DNA of 64,000 nucleotides from Haliotis rubra (Eukaryota): positions 806,001 through 870,000 of the forward strand of contig NW_025767010.1 in the NCBI RefSeq assembly GCF_003918875.1. The letters are read 5' to 3'. A program made the translations under genes and the position numbers. The notes under the pieces are model-generated. The model saw only the letters and a program-made list of their open reading frames with translations. It did no database searches and had not been told where the DNA came from. Shown in pieces: positions 1-14,459 of this stretch (position 1 is its first letter; each line of letters opens with the position of its first letter).

Positions 1-1189
1 GAGATTGACATCACAGACAACATGTAGTGACACCATGCAACAGCTGTAGGTCAGTACAGTCAATGTGTAGTGAAATAGCTATAATTTATTTTCGTTCCAT
101 ATGCTACATATCAGTTCTAGGTCACACCCTGTTCAAGTATGCAACATTTCCACATATTATGAGTTTGACATATGTTGTTATATTTACATGTTAGGCTAAG
201 ATTCAGTTACAAATTGTAATGAACTTTTTCCAGGTTTTTTCGTGTAAATCATGATAATGGTGTGGAAGTCCTATCACAATTGTAGTATTTGTAGAATGTT
301 CACTAATATAATTTAGCAGTATAGCCTTTTAATCGATCAGGTCTTTGATACTAGGTGTATAGATCTGCCATTCTGAATAAATAACTATGTATATTTTTCC
401 AACTTTGGTACAAAATATTTCATGTTAAATTCCGTCCGTTTGAATCAATTTTTTATACTCATAATTACAGTGTGCATAATTAGAATGTGAATACTGATGT
501 GTATTGTATAAACACTGGGAGACTCACTGGGACACTGACCTACTCAAGGTCAGTCCGTGCTATCTCACTCCAGCCCATTCTGTGATAAGCTTACATTCCT
601 TGTAATAAACACATGAGATTGAAGTCCGTAGTTCGTGTTTCATCTCACTGGAAACAACATGTTGTTACCAAACATGTTTACTGCAATCTGGGAAAGCAAA
701 GATTCCTGGTGTCTCATGTTTGTTCTGTCTGATTCGATGCTGCTCTGGGCAATATTCAAGCTACATGATGGCCTGTATATAAATGTGTCTTGACCTGACA
801 ATCCAGTGATTGATGTAGTGAACAAAACACATCATTGGGGTACTGAAACATGCAATGTAACAACTAAGTCACCGACTCTTGCATCTGAAAAATTCGCTTG
901 TATCTTTGGACACCACAGAATTCCCACAGGGTCATCACATGCCTGTGACAACTAATGACTGGTTGACAGTGAATCAGCTGAGAATGGACAGTGTGGTCTA
1001 AACCTGCGTTCATTCCAGTTAATGCTCAAACACAAACCACAAAACTACTAAGTATTGATATCAGCAGCAGTCAGTGTGGTGCGATTGACATGCATTCAGT
1101 GAAGCCACCAAGTCTGACAACCCAGTCCACGTAGTCACCTCTAATACAAGCATTGGTTGTTTGGGGAAGAGTTGGTTTGGTCCGTTGGT

Positions 1190-1420
1190 TTTTTGTTTTA
1201 CGCCGCACTCAGCAATCTTCCAGCTATATGGCGGCAGTCTGTAAATAATTGAGTCTGGACCACACAATCCAGTGATCAACATCATGAGCATCAATCTACA
1301 CAATTTACACAGTTGACATGTGTGTCAACCAACTCAGCGATCCTGACCACCCGATCCCGTTAGTCGTCTCTTGCGACTAGCATGGGTTACTAAAGACCAA
1401 TTCTAACCAGGATCTTCATT
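1190..1420 (-). mobile_element. SINE-B copy (older fragments at about 720-930 and 1060-1160)
   Basis: Homology to 7723-7968. Confidence 0.85.
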
Positions 1421-2569
1421 GGTGTTTTTTGAAGAGAAGCCCTACAGGGCTCAATCCGGTTCTGATAACAAAGAGTCATATTAGACCATTCTACAGCTGA
1501 GAGAAGTTTGAAGAAACAAAGTCAAGTCTAATGAAACATAGCATGTTTAATATGTATATCATATGTACAGAGTCAGCACATAGACAATCTCCCCATGCTG
1601 AGGTCTGGGACAAGGCACAGTGAGGCTGTAGGACTGCCCATAGTGGAGAATAGTCATACAGCATATGCTTACAACGGATCACATTCTTTATATACCCACA
1701 TCATATCTTAAAGGCCGGACCATCAACATCTTGTAAGTCTTGTTGAAAGTCTTACTCTAAACCAACTCCTGAAACTTACCTTAGACCTATGTAATTGATT
1801 CATCATTAATATGTATTTTGTATTCAGAATTATGGAGGTCCTTGTGGTCCTGAAATCTAGGAACCCTCCAAATATTTGAATCATATTTTAGGGTTACAAC
1901 AAGAAATCCTTAACTTCTAGGCTATATTTCAAACATTGTTATAATCTACTGGATCAACATAGTTGCTTGTGACCTCATACATGCTGCTATGGATGTGTGA
2001 AAGTTTCGTTCCATCACGGCTACAGCTCGCTATACCCCTACGTTACAGTTTGTGCGACCTAGTCCGACCTTTAAGCATCAGCATGAACCAAAAGAGTATT
2101 AGACAAACCCACTGTGAAAAGAAACCTGTCACCAGTAAGTGGGACCAAACAGTGTGTGACTATGATGCCACCCGATGATGTTATTAGCTTAATATCTCAC
2201 CATATCACAAATATATCACATTATCAAAGGAATTTCTTTCCTCAAAAAACAAATTGCATACAGTTTGATTATCTGTCTTTGTTAAACAGTTCCCAGCCCA
2301 TTTTGCTCAAACACTCTTCAAATTTATCACATGTGATGCGTAAGTACATATATACACTAGCAAATTTGTTCACGACAATCACATACAATATTGTATGCTT
2401 TTGAAACCTCTATCACTGATGATGATGATAACTTAACTTTATCAGAGTGTGTATTTGGTTAATGTCACCTACAACCAGAGACATACTGGAGGGTGTTTTA
2501 ATCACAGTTCATTGACACAAGACCCCTGCAACCATATATGTTTCCATAGAAGAATACAGCTGATGAAAT

Positions 2570-3555
2570 TGAGGAGGTATGTCATGGGACTACAGCAGGT
2601 GACAGGTGTGTCATGATGGTACAGCAGGTGTGGTAGAACTACAGTGGTAGGAAGTGTCATGTCACTACAGCAGGTGTGCTAGAACTAGTGGTAAAAGGTG
2701 TCACATCACTACAGCAGGTGTGGTAGGAGGTGTCATGTCACTACAGCAGGTGTGCTAGAACTAGTGGTAGGTGTCACATCACTACAGCAGGTGTGGTAGG
2801 AGGTGTCACATCACTACAGCAGGTGTGGTAGAACTACAGTGGTAGGTGTCATGTCACTACAGCAGGTGTGCTAGAACTAGTGGTAGGTGTCACATCACTA
2901 CAGCAGGTGTGGTAGGAGGTGTCACATCACTACAGCAGGTGTGGTAGAACTACAGTGGTAGGAGGTGTCATGAGGCTACAGCAGGTGTGGTAGAACTACA
3001 GTGGTAGGAGGTGTCATGTCACTACAGCAGGTGTTGTGTGCTAGAACTACAGTGGTAGGTGTCACTGCAGGTGTGTCATGTGACTCGAGCTGCAAATGTT
3101 TCTTGTGACTACAGTAGCAGGTGATTGAGTGAGTCTAGTTTACACCGTACTCAGCAATATTCCAGCTATATGACGGCAGTCTGTAAATAATTGAGTCTGG
3201 ATCAGACAATCCAGTGATGAACAGCATGAGCATCGATCTTCGCAACTGGTATACGATGACATGTCAACCAAGTCAGCAAGCCTGACGAACCAATCCGGTT
3301 AGTCGCCTCTTACGACAAGCATGGGTTGCTGAAGATCAATTTTAACCCGGATCTTCACGGGTTACAGGTGTGTTGTGTGACTGCAACAGTAGTTTTGTCA
3401 TTTGACTGCAGGTGTGTCATGTCACTGCAGGTGTATCATGTGACTGCAGGTGTGTCATGTGACTGCGGCAAGTATCACGTGACTATAGTAGCATGGTGTC
3501 ATGTGACAGATGCAGCATACGTCGAGTTTCTACAGCAGCAGGTGTCATGTGATTG
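2570..3555. repeat. Minisatellite (CACTACAGCAGGTGTGGTAG...GTGTCATGT variants) interrupted by a SINE-B
   Basis: More than 15 visible tandem units of variable length. Confidence 0.9.
3122..3362 (-). mobile_element. SINE-B copy
   Basis: Full-length homology. Confidence 0.88.
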
Positions 3556-4077
3556 AAGAACTAACAGACCTGACCCTCCAGCCTGGCAACAGCTGCACAG
3601 GTAAACAGAAATAGGTAACATTATCCAGACAACTTGCAAGAGATAAACCTAGTAAATACAACTAACACATCAAAACATCTGGCTAAGTAGGTCAGATATA
3701 TAGACGTCTGTTTGCTGACTCATGACAAAAGTAACCTTTGGTTTATATTTGCTGCATAGTAAGTGGACTTTCTATTTACAATAACATCCAACAAAATACA
3801 CTGCTTGCGATAACGGAAATGGTTTGTATGAAACTATCAGTTGCTTGTTGATTAAAACTGCAGTCAGCTCTATTCCAGCTATATCGTAGCAGCCTGTAAA
3901 TATTTAAGTGTAGGCTGGTTAAACCAGTGATTGATATAATGAACAACATACCACTGGGTCATCTTGATATGCAACCTACCACATCACTAAGATTAACCAG
4001 CCAATCAGATGGTGTCTTACAACAGGCATGTGTTAATGGGATCTACTGTAGGCTGATGATAAGTCACTGAGCCTTAC

Positions 4078-4190
4078 CAGAGTGGTCTTGTACGAAACAA
4101 CCTTAGCGCTAAGACTGACGCAAGTCTGTGTTAAGGTGTGTGAGTTACTACTATAACCTTAGTGCTAAGATTGTTTCGTACAACACTTAG
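4078..4190. mobile_element. Older palindromic MITE
   Basis: TTGTACGAAACAACCTTAGCGCTAAG / CTTAGTGCTAAGATTGTTTCGTACAA inverted arms. Confidence 0.7.
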
Positions 4191-6747
4191 AAAATCAATA
4201 AGATGGTGTCTGACAACAGGCATGGGTTAGTAGAGATCTGCTATAACTGCAAGCTGATTACGATACGGGCTACAACTTCTACATTATATACAAATGTTGA
4301 TTAAATTCTCAATCTCCCTCCAATGATATAATTCACTTCATTTTTCAATAATGTTCATGAAAGACCTGTGTGACACTTCAAAAACAAAACATGGATAACT
4401 GTTTCTTGTATCTGATTTAAAACTAACTTTGATTCAGTGCAAATCTTGTTACAGATTTCACTCCAGACCTATCATGATACCATCACAATTTTATAATCTA
4501 ATCTTGTGGACCAACTTCGCCCCAAATAGCTCCTTGTTGTCAGCCATGTCGGTCACTGAACTTTCGTTCAATTTAATGCCGCATCAGCAGACTCGGGACT
4601 GCTCATGGGAGACTTGCTAAAGGATGGAATGACGGACTGGCTCTAGGTAAACATTCCCATGACACAAGATTCACATGGGACCAATGCCAATCTGTCAACA
4701 TTAATATTAGCAAACCAAAATGACCTCTTTGGGGTTAATGGTCAATATGTAATCTCTTAGGCATGAATGATTAATGTAATATGATCATCAAGGATTAAAA
4801 CTGGTACTGGAAAGTAACTTTGATAGAATGTAATTCTTTTGGGGTCTTATTTCAGAAGGACATCAGTGAAACATTTGTACATGTCTGGCAAAAATGTTAG
4901 AAAGTAAACCAGATAAAAAACACATAATTTTGCATTTGAACAAAGTTTAGCATGCTAAAGGTGATAGAAACATTCAAAATGAGTACAAAATCATAATTCT
5001 AATGTTCAGCATGCAGAGTGATCTTTGACCTTGAGATGCCCTTGTTATCACAACCAGGCAAATATTGCCAGGTTTACTGATGCTTGTTTACAACATGAAT
5101 CACTTGTTTACACCACTTGCTTCAACACAAGATAAACAAGGTCATCAAACCCTACCCAATGGAAACAACACAAATTTGAAACTTCAGTGTGTCCACATAC
5201 CTATATATTCTACTCAAAACAAGTTAAGGACCATCAATTCTTTCACATCACTAAAGTTACCCGTCAGACCATTCTCAGATTAACTATAGTAAAATAGGAA
5301 GGAATCAGGTGGTCTTAACTTCCTTTCAGTAACTCATATTAAGATTCTTTTGAGCCCAACAACAATTTATATGTACTTCTGAAAATAAATTAACCCCAAT
5401 ATTTACGTAGGTCCTCTTGAATAGTCAAAAGCAAATGTAAAAATTCACCCCAAGCCAACGAATAAAGATACACTTGCAATGCTTACATCCTTTGTTCAGT
5501 AACCTTAGTAACAAGGCAGTTCACAAAGTAATCTCCCTTTAACTCTGCAATATGCTTTATACCATTTTCTATCTTTAATCAGCAAACTCCAATATTATAT
5601 TTTGTACCATTTTATGCATAATAATGGAAACATACACCCCATCAGGAATATAATGGGTTGCTTGTCAAAATAAACATAAAAATAAGAGGAAACTAAAGAA
5701 TGATGCTTGATCCCATTTATCCGACCCTGGATTTCCTGGTGTATATACAAACATAATCCATCCAGACATCAGTATCACATGGCCACTCCCTCACATCCAC
5801 ACATGCTGTAGCTAAACTGACATGGGAGATAACTGTTCTCATACAAGTAACATAATTAATGGGCATGTGTTGCACTCAGCACACCTACAGTAGGGTAAAC
5901 AGCTTTGGTTTCACGGGAATGGTTAACAAACATTCAGCACCGACTCTGCAACTTATGTCAGTACAAACTCCCACAACGACATAACAGATTTCCCCACTCA
6001 GTTGTTATTGCTGTAGTTGATGGTATGACTTTGTTGGCTTGTATTTCACTGAGGTTACATGACCAGTAATACGGTAGAGGATATAACCTTTAGCATTATT
6101 ATTGCATTGAATTCAATGTTAAATGGAAATATCCAACTACCTCTGAAATATGAAGTATCAACAAAAAAAATTCTTTCAAAATAAACAAATTAATCAGTAT
6201 TTGTACAGTGAATGGCTATCAGTGTGGAATCCTAGATAAATCCCTGTGTGATATAAGAGTACAACTAAAACATAAGGAATATCAACCCATAGATTACAAA
6301 GCCCACACACAGCTACCCAATTAATTGCATTCAAAAATTGTTTCTAAAATTTCCTCTTACTTCACAAACATGATAAGTTAACATTTTGTTTTCCATTGGC
6401 AAGTATCAAAACATACAAATGAAAATGGACCAAAAAATAAATAAATATTAATCCCATTTGCTGTCAAAATTTCTAAAATTAGGTGACATCTTGGCTAAAC
6501 ATGAGGTAATGAAAAGAGCACATTTATTTTCTCAACTTAATTGTTATTATTCAGCACTCAGAAACAGGAACTCCAGACCAAACTGTATTGAGAGCAACAG
6601 CTGACTCTTAGTAATAAGTACATTAACATTATCAGTACTAGCACTTCATGCATTTTCAAAGTTTACAACATGTGTGTGTATGTGCTGATGGTGCAGATCT
6701 TATCTACATAGATAACATGCATTTATATTGCTTAAACCTGTCCTATG

Positions 6748-7096
6748 CAGGGCTCCAGATAAATTTTCAACATCAGGAGTACGTACTCCTTAATTTTTCA
6801 ATGCAGGAGTACTGGAAAGCCTTAAGAGTACATTTAGAGTACTTAATGGAATTTAATGGAGTATCAGTAATCTTGTGTTTCGTTTCATATATGCACCACA
6901 ACACTGCTACTCTTGTGTAAACAGGTCAATAAACAATAAAACAATACTTTTTCAGATAAATACGTCTGTAAATGATTCCAAAACCGTACACCATTGCTGT
7001 AGTGCGTATCTGCTACGTTTTCTAAATTATTTCCTGCCATATCGTGCACATTTTATATCCGTACATACGCCGATATGGCCCTTATCTGGAGCCCTG
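6748..7096. mobile_element. MITE with CAGGGCTCCAGATA TIRs and 5-bp TSD (hAT5-like)
   Basis: Perfect TIRs; TSD CTATG. Confidence 0.9.
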
Positions 7097-7399
7097 CTAT
7101 GTACATACATGTAAAACATCTCACAAAACAGACAGAACAAAAGACGACATTGGCCATTGAATGATGAGATCAATATAGGAACAGAACTACAGCACGGATA
7201 CATGACCACGCAAAAACAAATATGAAAGATGGAGGAATCAGTTACAACAGTTTCACCATCAGAAAGACTTCCATCACAGAGAGTCTACAGCTGATAGTTA
7301 TAAAGTTTAATTTTCACTGAAGACCTTGGACTGTGAAACTTGTTTGTTCCTCACACTTGCCAGCACTTATGATTCTAGTCAAGAGTTATCTCCCTGTTA

Positions 7400-7672
<273 letters not shown>

Positions 7673-7722
7673 CTATAACTCCCTAACCTTTAGGGTATTC
7701 CATAACAGCTCCGGGGCCATTT

Positions 7723-7968
7723 GACCCGTGAAGGTCCGGGCTAGAATGAACCTTCAAGAACCCATGCTTGTCGCAAGAGGCGACTAACGGGATCTTCAGG
7801 CACGCTGGCTTGGTTGACAAATGTCTTTGTCAATGCTTCCCAATTGCGCAGATCAATGCTCATGCTGTTGATCACTGGATTGTCTGGTTAAGACTCGATT
7901 ATTTACAGACCGCTGTCAAATAGGTGGAATATTGCTGAGTGCGGCGTAAACCTAAACTCACTCACTCA
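7723..7968 (+). mobile_element. SINE-like family B, full length with TSD
   Basis: Starts GACCCGTGAAGG; (ACTC)n tail; TSD CTCCGGGGCCATTT. Confidence 0.9.
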
Positions 7969-8391
7969 CTCCGGGGCCATTTGGTAGTCTAGTGGTTAAA
8001 GTGCTCTCTCATTACACTGAAGACCCATGTTCAATTCCCCATATGGGTACTATGTGTAAAGTCCCTTTTTAGTGTCTTATGCCATGTTATTGATGAAATA
8101 TTGCTAAAGGTAGAGTAAAACTAAACTCACTCAGCATAACACCTCAAAAGAATCAATCATACCATTACATTTTTACATTGATGAAAGCATACTAGTGAAC
8201 GAGCTGGGTTTAATGTTGCATTACTCAGCATTGAAAGGATTATGTTATAGGGTGTCAAATAAATGAGGTGTGAAAGAATGAAGTGATGCAGATGTCAGAT
8301 GTTAACTACTTCGGTAACATCCGGGGCATGACTATGCGCTGACAAATCTAGAAACTTAATTAGAGCAAACCTGCATTCACACCCATGATCA

Positions 8392-8628
<237 letters not shown>

Positions 8629-8889
8629 CTATAGTAGATACACTTTTGTCAACAATACCAATTGATGACAAGCTGATCATGTTTATGAGCCTGCATCTAA
8701 ATAAATATCTTTTATGATCAATTACAAGAGTTTGCACTCAATGACCACAAAATGGTGTAGCATATGTGCATGACTAAAATGCTTTTACGCAACATTCACA
8801 CATATTGTTATCGCCCTGGATGATTTACCATGGTTACAAATTAGCTCTCACAAGTCTCCTGGCATAGTATTAACACTGAGGCAACTCAC

Positions 8890-8945
8890 AGGTATTTTGG
8901 TTGGGAACTTCTGTCGGATGCCTTCCACCTCCTCCTTCCTGGTGG
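8890..8945 (-). CDS. MAP1LC3C: LC3C exon 2 (ATRKEEVEGIRQKFPTKIP)
   Basis: ttgcag acceptor, gtgagt donor, LC3 IRxKFPxKIP motif. Confidence 0.95.
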
Positions 8946-8959
8946 CTGCAAAGTAAAAT

Positions 8960-9240
8960 ACACATATGTAAAGTGACAAAAAACACTAAAGTGACAAATA
9001 CAAATACACACTGTGTAAAGTGACAAATACATCACTGTGTAAAGTGACAAATACACCACTGTGTAAAGTGACAAATACATCACTGTGTAAATGACAAATC
9101 ACTGTGTAAAGTGCCGTCACTGTGTGTAAAGTGACAAATACGTCACCGTGTAAAGTGACAAATAGGTCACCGTGTAAAGTGACAAATAGGTCACCGTGTA
9201 AAGTGACAAATAGGTCACCGTGTAAAGTGACAAATACACA
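8960..9240. repeat. 24-bp minisatellite GTGTAAAGTGACAAATA(C/G)RTCAC
   Basis: About 11 tandem units; explains the YLSLYTV-repeat ORFs. Confidence 0.92.
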
Positions 9241-9714
9241 TCAATATAGGTACTAGGGCTCAGGTTACCTTTATATACATATACATATGACAAAGAATCA
9301 TCAGGAGTAGAAAGTGTGTATGGCAATAGTGCATAGTACATGTTGTATACAAGCCCACTTCTCAATCTTGAGAAATGACAGAAACAGGTACTTGCCATGT
9401 GAAATTTTCCTAAACACTTCGATCACAACACAGCTTCCTTACACCCATTAGTTTCTATAAAATGGACATTTACAAAGTTGACAATTATTTTCACTTAAAC
9501 ATTCATGAACAATGGGTGCCAGCATCAACTCACCACAACACTTAATTAATCAAAAGTATAACATAAACCAGACTTTTCAATTAGCCTTTACTGTAGGCTA
9601 AAAGCCACTTCCCACATTACTAAGACTTGTGATCCCAGATAACTTCCAGGTATACATGTCCTTGCTACAGCGCTGAGGCCCATCTTGCACTATCAGTCAG
9701 TGAAGCACACAGTG

Positions 9715-10095
9715 TAGACTTGCATAAGTCTCTAAGGTAATAATTAATAGTTTACATGATAATTTCTAAAAAAATATAAATAGAAGCCTGACATCCTTGT
9801 TGTACTGTCAACTTATCTAGACTTGACTCTATAAAGGATGGAATTACCATACATCCATGGGCTTTGCATTCAGTGCAGCCTTGGAGCAAAAACTACACGC
9901 TGTGCGGATATACTAAACTTGCACAAGTCTCTCAGGTAATGATTAAGAGTTTAAATGATGCTTTCTGAAAAAAAATACATAAATACCAGACTTGGGTCCT
10001 TAGACTTGCCTCTTTAAAGGATAGAATTACTATACATCCACTGGCTTAGCATTGAGTACAGCCTTTGAGCAAGGCTACACACTGTGCTGATACAC
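9715..10095. repeat. Diverged tandem duplication of about 190 bp
   Basis: ACTTGCAYAAGTCTCT..AAAGGATRGAATTAC..CTACAC occurs twice. Confidence 0.75.
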
Positions 10096-13000
10096 CATCA
10101 ACCCACCTTACACAACACCCCTGGCCAGACAAGGGCAGAAAGTGGACTAGACAGTATGTTATGTTCAAATAGAGTCCTGCTACCTGACCTCAGCCTTACC
10201 CCACACAACTTGAAACCTAACGACATACCGTATTTGCCTCAGTAAGCCCCAATAAATTGAAACTAGAGTGTATAGCTAGTCTTTGAAATGACCATATATT
10301 ACAGGAAAAACAGTTCATAATGTATATTAAGAAAATATAATAAGGAGCACACAGACTTTCATCATTTTCAGAAACTATAGTAATCTAGCCTTGCCACATT
10401 GTCTCGACTTAAATGGTCTATATTGGGCATATTTGTTTCACGGGCTGTACAACAGACAAGGGGTAATTACTAAAACCATACATGATTTTAATTACTCTCA
10501 GTGAGTATGGTTTTACACAACCTTTAGCAATATTCCAGCAATATTACGGCAGGGTACACCCATAATGGGCTTCACTTTTTGTACCCATAAAGGGAACTGA
10601 ACCTGGGTCTTTGGCATGATGAACGCTTTAACCACAAGGCTACCCCAACGCATCCAATTATTTTCAGAGAATAGGTGGTTGTGGACAGACTTAATTCCAA
10701 TGGTGATCAAACTAAAACAATTTTTATAATAGTAACTAGGCAACTATATATACCTGTTCTACAGAGCAGTTTTCAGTTAAATGTGTAATACACAAGAAAG
10801 TATGCTACATGCCAGCACTTGAAGATTACACACAGATTGGTTAGAATTTGGTGCTTATTGGAGCAGAGAGCTTAATATGGCAATTACGGTAGGTCACATT
10901 AGATGCGTCAGGACATAATGTCATCACATTGAGTACAGATAGGCCATTGCTATGCTATAATCTTAGGACCATATAATCAACCTTTTCACCCTGCTTGATA
11001 TATGATAAATAAGGCGACAGCATCTACAGGCTCTCTAGTAATCCTGTGTTTTGTGGGGCTGTGGCACAGTCGAGTAGTTAAAGCATTTGCTTGTCACGCC
11101 GATGACCCAGGTTCGATTCCCCACACGGACACAATGTGTGAAGCCCATTTCTGGTGCCCCCTGTTGTGATATTGCTGGAATATTGCTAAGTGGCGTAAAA
11201 AAACATACTCAAGAAGTACCGGTACTTTCTTGTGTATTGTGCACACTTTTTTCTACAGCTGTGTAGAGTGGATTATGCATTATGAACACCATATCGAAGT
11301 CTGATGTTTCTATCCTAATGCAGTCATTACCACAAGCACATAACATGGGAAGTACCTTGTCAACAAAAAAAAGAAATGAATATGAAATTTAATTTTACTG
11401 CTTGGTGAAAGCATTCATGGTAGATGTGTTTAATCTTTTTATGAATTTTACATTAAAATTTCAATAAATATTCTTTAGATTAACTCAGCAAAATGTGAGT
11501 AAGGTTATCAGCAAGCAATAACTTGACATTATTTACAACAACGGATGGTCAGGTTACCACTTGACACCGTGAACAGAACTTTGGTCGCCTCTTACGACAA
11601 GCATGGGTTACTGAAGGTTCATTCTAACCCGGACCTTCACGGGTCTTGTATTGTGAGCCTCGTATCACGACGCTATACTGTATTGTTGCATAGTTACACC
11701 ATAAGTGGCCTCCATATCCATTTGGTCGCCTCATGAAACAAACTTACTGGGGACCTACTCCAACCAAGAACCTCAGTGGGTGTTTGTATTACTGATTTTT
11801 AACCATGTAACAGACTTGCTACATGAACAGATTCTGCATTGGGAGCAGATATTTAAAGTCACAAACTGTTATGGGAGTGCGATATGCAATGATATACCAC
11901 ACGATCTATATTTTATTGTCTGTAATCTCCAACATCTGCCACAACTTCCTGACTATATTGTATATCAGTTTGTTGAGGCTGCATCATTTCTCATATTGAC
12001 TTTTAAAATATATTACTTTCCACACTGCAACTATAGCAAGCCATGCAGTATGCATGATACATGCCACAGGTATTCAATAATACCTACATCTCTGAGTGAA
12101 CGGTTTACCATCATAATAAACATGTACACAGCTAGCAATGAGTGATCACATACTGGAAAACCAGGAGTTGATTAATGATAAGAACCTTTGTGCCTACTAT
12201 GTACTATACGACCCTGAGGTAACTCGAAATCCATCTGGGGCAAAAAACTAATGACAAAGTGTCCAGGTCTGATAATGAACAGCTCAGGACAATGCCAAAC
12301 TGAAACATATGCTTACAGATGAACCCAAATTTTAGAGAAAGCACAAATAATTGCTTTTAATTTTATGATAAACTTTGAAATATTTCTATCATAATTTGCT
12401 GTATGTCTTTGTTAACACGACAATACTTTGAACTAGTTGAAATGAAACATCATGAATCCATAGTAAATTTAAATTCCTACAAGTAAAACATTTACTGACC
12501 ACTTACTAATTTTTGTTTTATTTGTTAAGATCTTTTATTACCTTGGCACAAAATATATGAAAATTATACATGATAGAGGTCAGGGTTTACAATAGTTAAT
12601 CTGGTTATGTGGAGGTCTTGAGGATAATTAATTGAAAATATATCCATGAAATAAACAGTTGTGTCAATGATAACTTCATGTCATCTTCAGTGTACCTGTA
12701 TCTATCACACAGCATGCATCAACAGAATGAATACAATCAAACACACAATGACCCATTTTCAACTGATCTTACACAGTCATCCTTCTACCTTAAACTACAA
12801 GCTAATCAACATGATCACGATGACACAATCATCCCGTTTCATGTCAAGGGCAATATCATCACTGACAGTGTAATCTTATCGTAACACAAGTCCATGGTCT
12901 AACCTGATGTAGTTCAATGTCAGATAAGATGCTTACTGTCTCCGCCCACTTCACACTGACTACACAATGTCATACAGAAGCCATCTAGTGAATATATCAC

Positions 13001-13764
13001 ACATTTGTATGGATCACATCTTTGTATGGATCAAAATATATTCATCCAACTTCTAAATGCCTTTCAAAGAGTGAATTACTTTCGTTTTACGCTGCTTTTA
13101 GCAATATTCCAGCAATATCACGGCAAGGGACACCAGAAAAGTGCTTCACACAATGTACCCATGTAGGGTATCGAATCCAGGTCTTAGGAGTGACGAGCGA
13201 ACGCTTTAACCACCAGGCTACCCCACCACCCCTCCTTTCAAAGAAACAAGAGCTACAAATATAGAGTGGGGCCTACTTTACTTCAGTAGTTCGTGAGTTC
13301 AGTTTAAACACTAAAGGAAAGTATGTATACCAAGTTGGGTATATTAACACTGCATCGAACTGTATTTCTGTTATCACAACATGTCAGTTTAATGTGGATG
13401 GAGAGCCTGAAGTGATGCAAGGCTCTGACCTGTACCATGTCAGAAAATACCATAAGCACAGGCATGGTGCTGACAAACCTAGGACATCATGGATTCAAAC
13501 CCAAGATTATAGGTGTGTGGCATGGGTTGCAGCTCTGCACAGTGAACTGCTGTTCCATACACCAGTATTGCTAATTATTTGAGACTTTTGACAAGTTTGA
13601 TAAGGATGTTCAATATTTCATGTATCAACATGATCAAACTACCAGTAACCATCATTCCAGTGCTTTTGCCTACCACTGTTCAAGGCAGCCTTTGTCAATA
13701 GACTGGTCTCCTTACCAACCCATGTTAACAACATGTGAAAGTCAAACCACTAGTGGTGTAACGA

Positions 13765-13912
13765 CTGACTGACTGAGTTTGGTTTTACGCCGCTTTTAGC
13801 AATATTCCAGCTACATCACGGCGGGGGAACACCAGAAATGGGCTTCACACATTGTACCCATGTGGGGAATCGAACCCGGGTCTTCGGCGTGACAAGCCAA
13901 AGCTTTAACCAC
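13765..13912 (-). mobile_element. SINE-A, 5'-truncated, with TSD
   Basis: TSD AGTGGTGTAACGA. Confidence 0.9.
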
Positions 13913-14459
13913 AGTGGTGTAACGATTCATCAATAGTATCAATGTTTGCATTGTCAACTACGAGATATGAGTGCATCGATACAAAACACATTTAGGCAAT
14001 GTATCAGAATAGTTATATCGCAAAGGTCCATGATACATCGATGTATCGCCACAAGAGACGATATATCCCGATAGAGCTTAAATACTACTTAAAGTTGTAA
14101 GGAGTATTGCATTAGCTATAGGAAGGGAGTCTCTTTGAAATTCTTCTAAATTTTAAAAACTAACTGAACCTTATAGGAATTTGTTTGTGTCTGTTATCTT
14201 TTTTACATGAACAAAGGAGTTGGTGTATAAGTGAAAGAATGTGAAAATCTTTCAAACTCTGTGAACTGTAAAATACTTGTCATCAAGTAATCGAAATATG
14301 TTTTAACACCATTTATTAACAACTATGAATGATGTCTTAGCTTCGTTAAGAAAGAGAACTGAGAGAAGATAAAATTTAGAAAGCATACTTTTTTCAGTGA
14401 TTCTGAATTCTGGTATAAATTACATTGAATTGTTTGTGAGAGCATTGGTGCAGAAACAC

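Noticed and set aside
1-640. Possible 3'UTR of an upstream plus-strand gene (several AATAAA)
   Set aside because: No coding exon in the window to support it
2570-3110. CRISPR-like array
   Set aside because: Eukaryotic minisatellite with no unique spacers and no cas genes
11705-12145. 146-aa ORF in the LC3C intron
   Set aside because: Begins in SINE-B debris; no motifs or splice support
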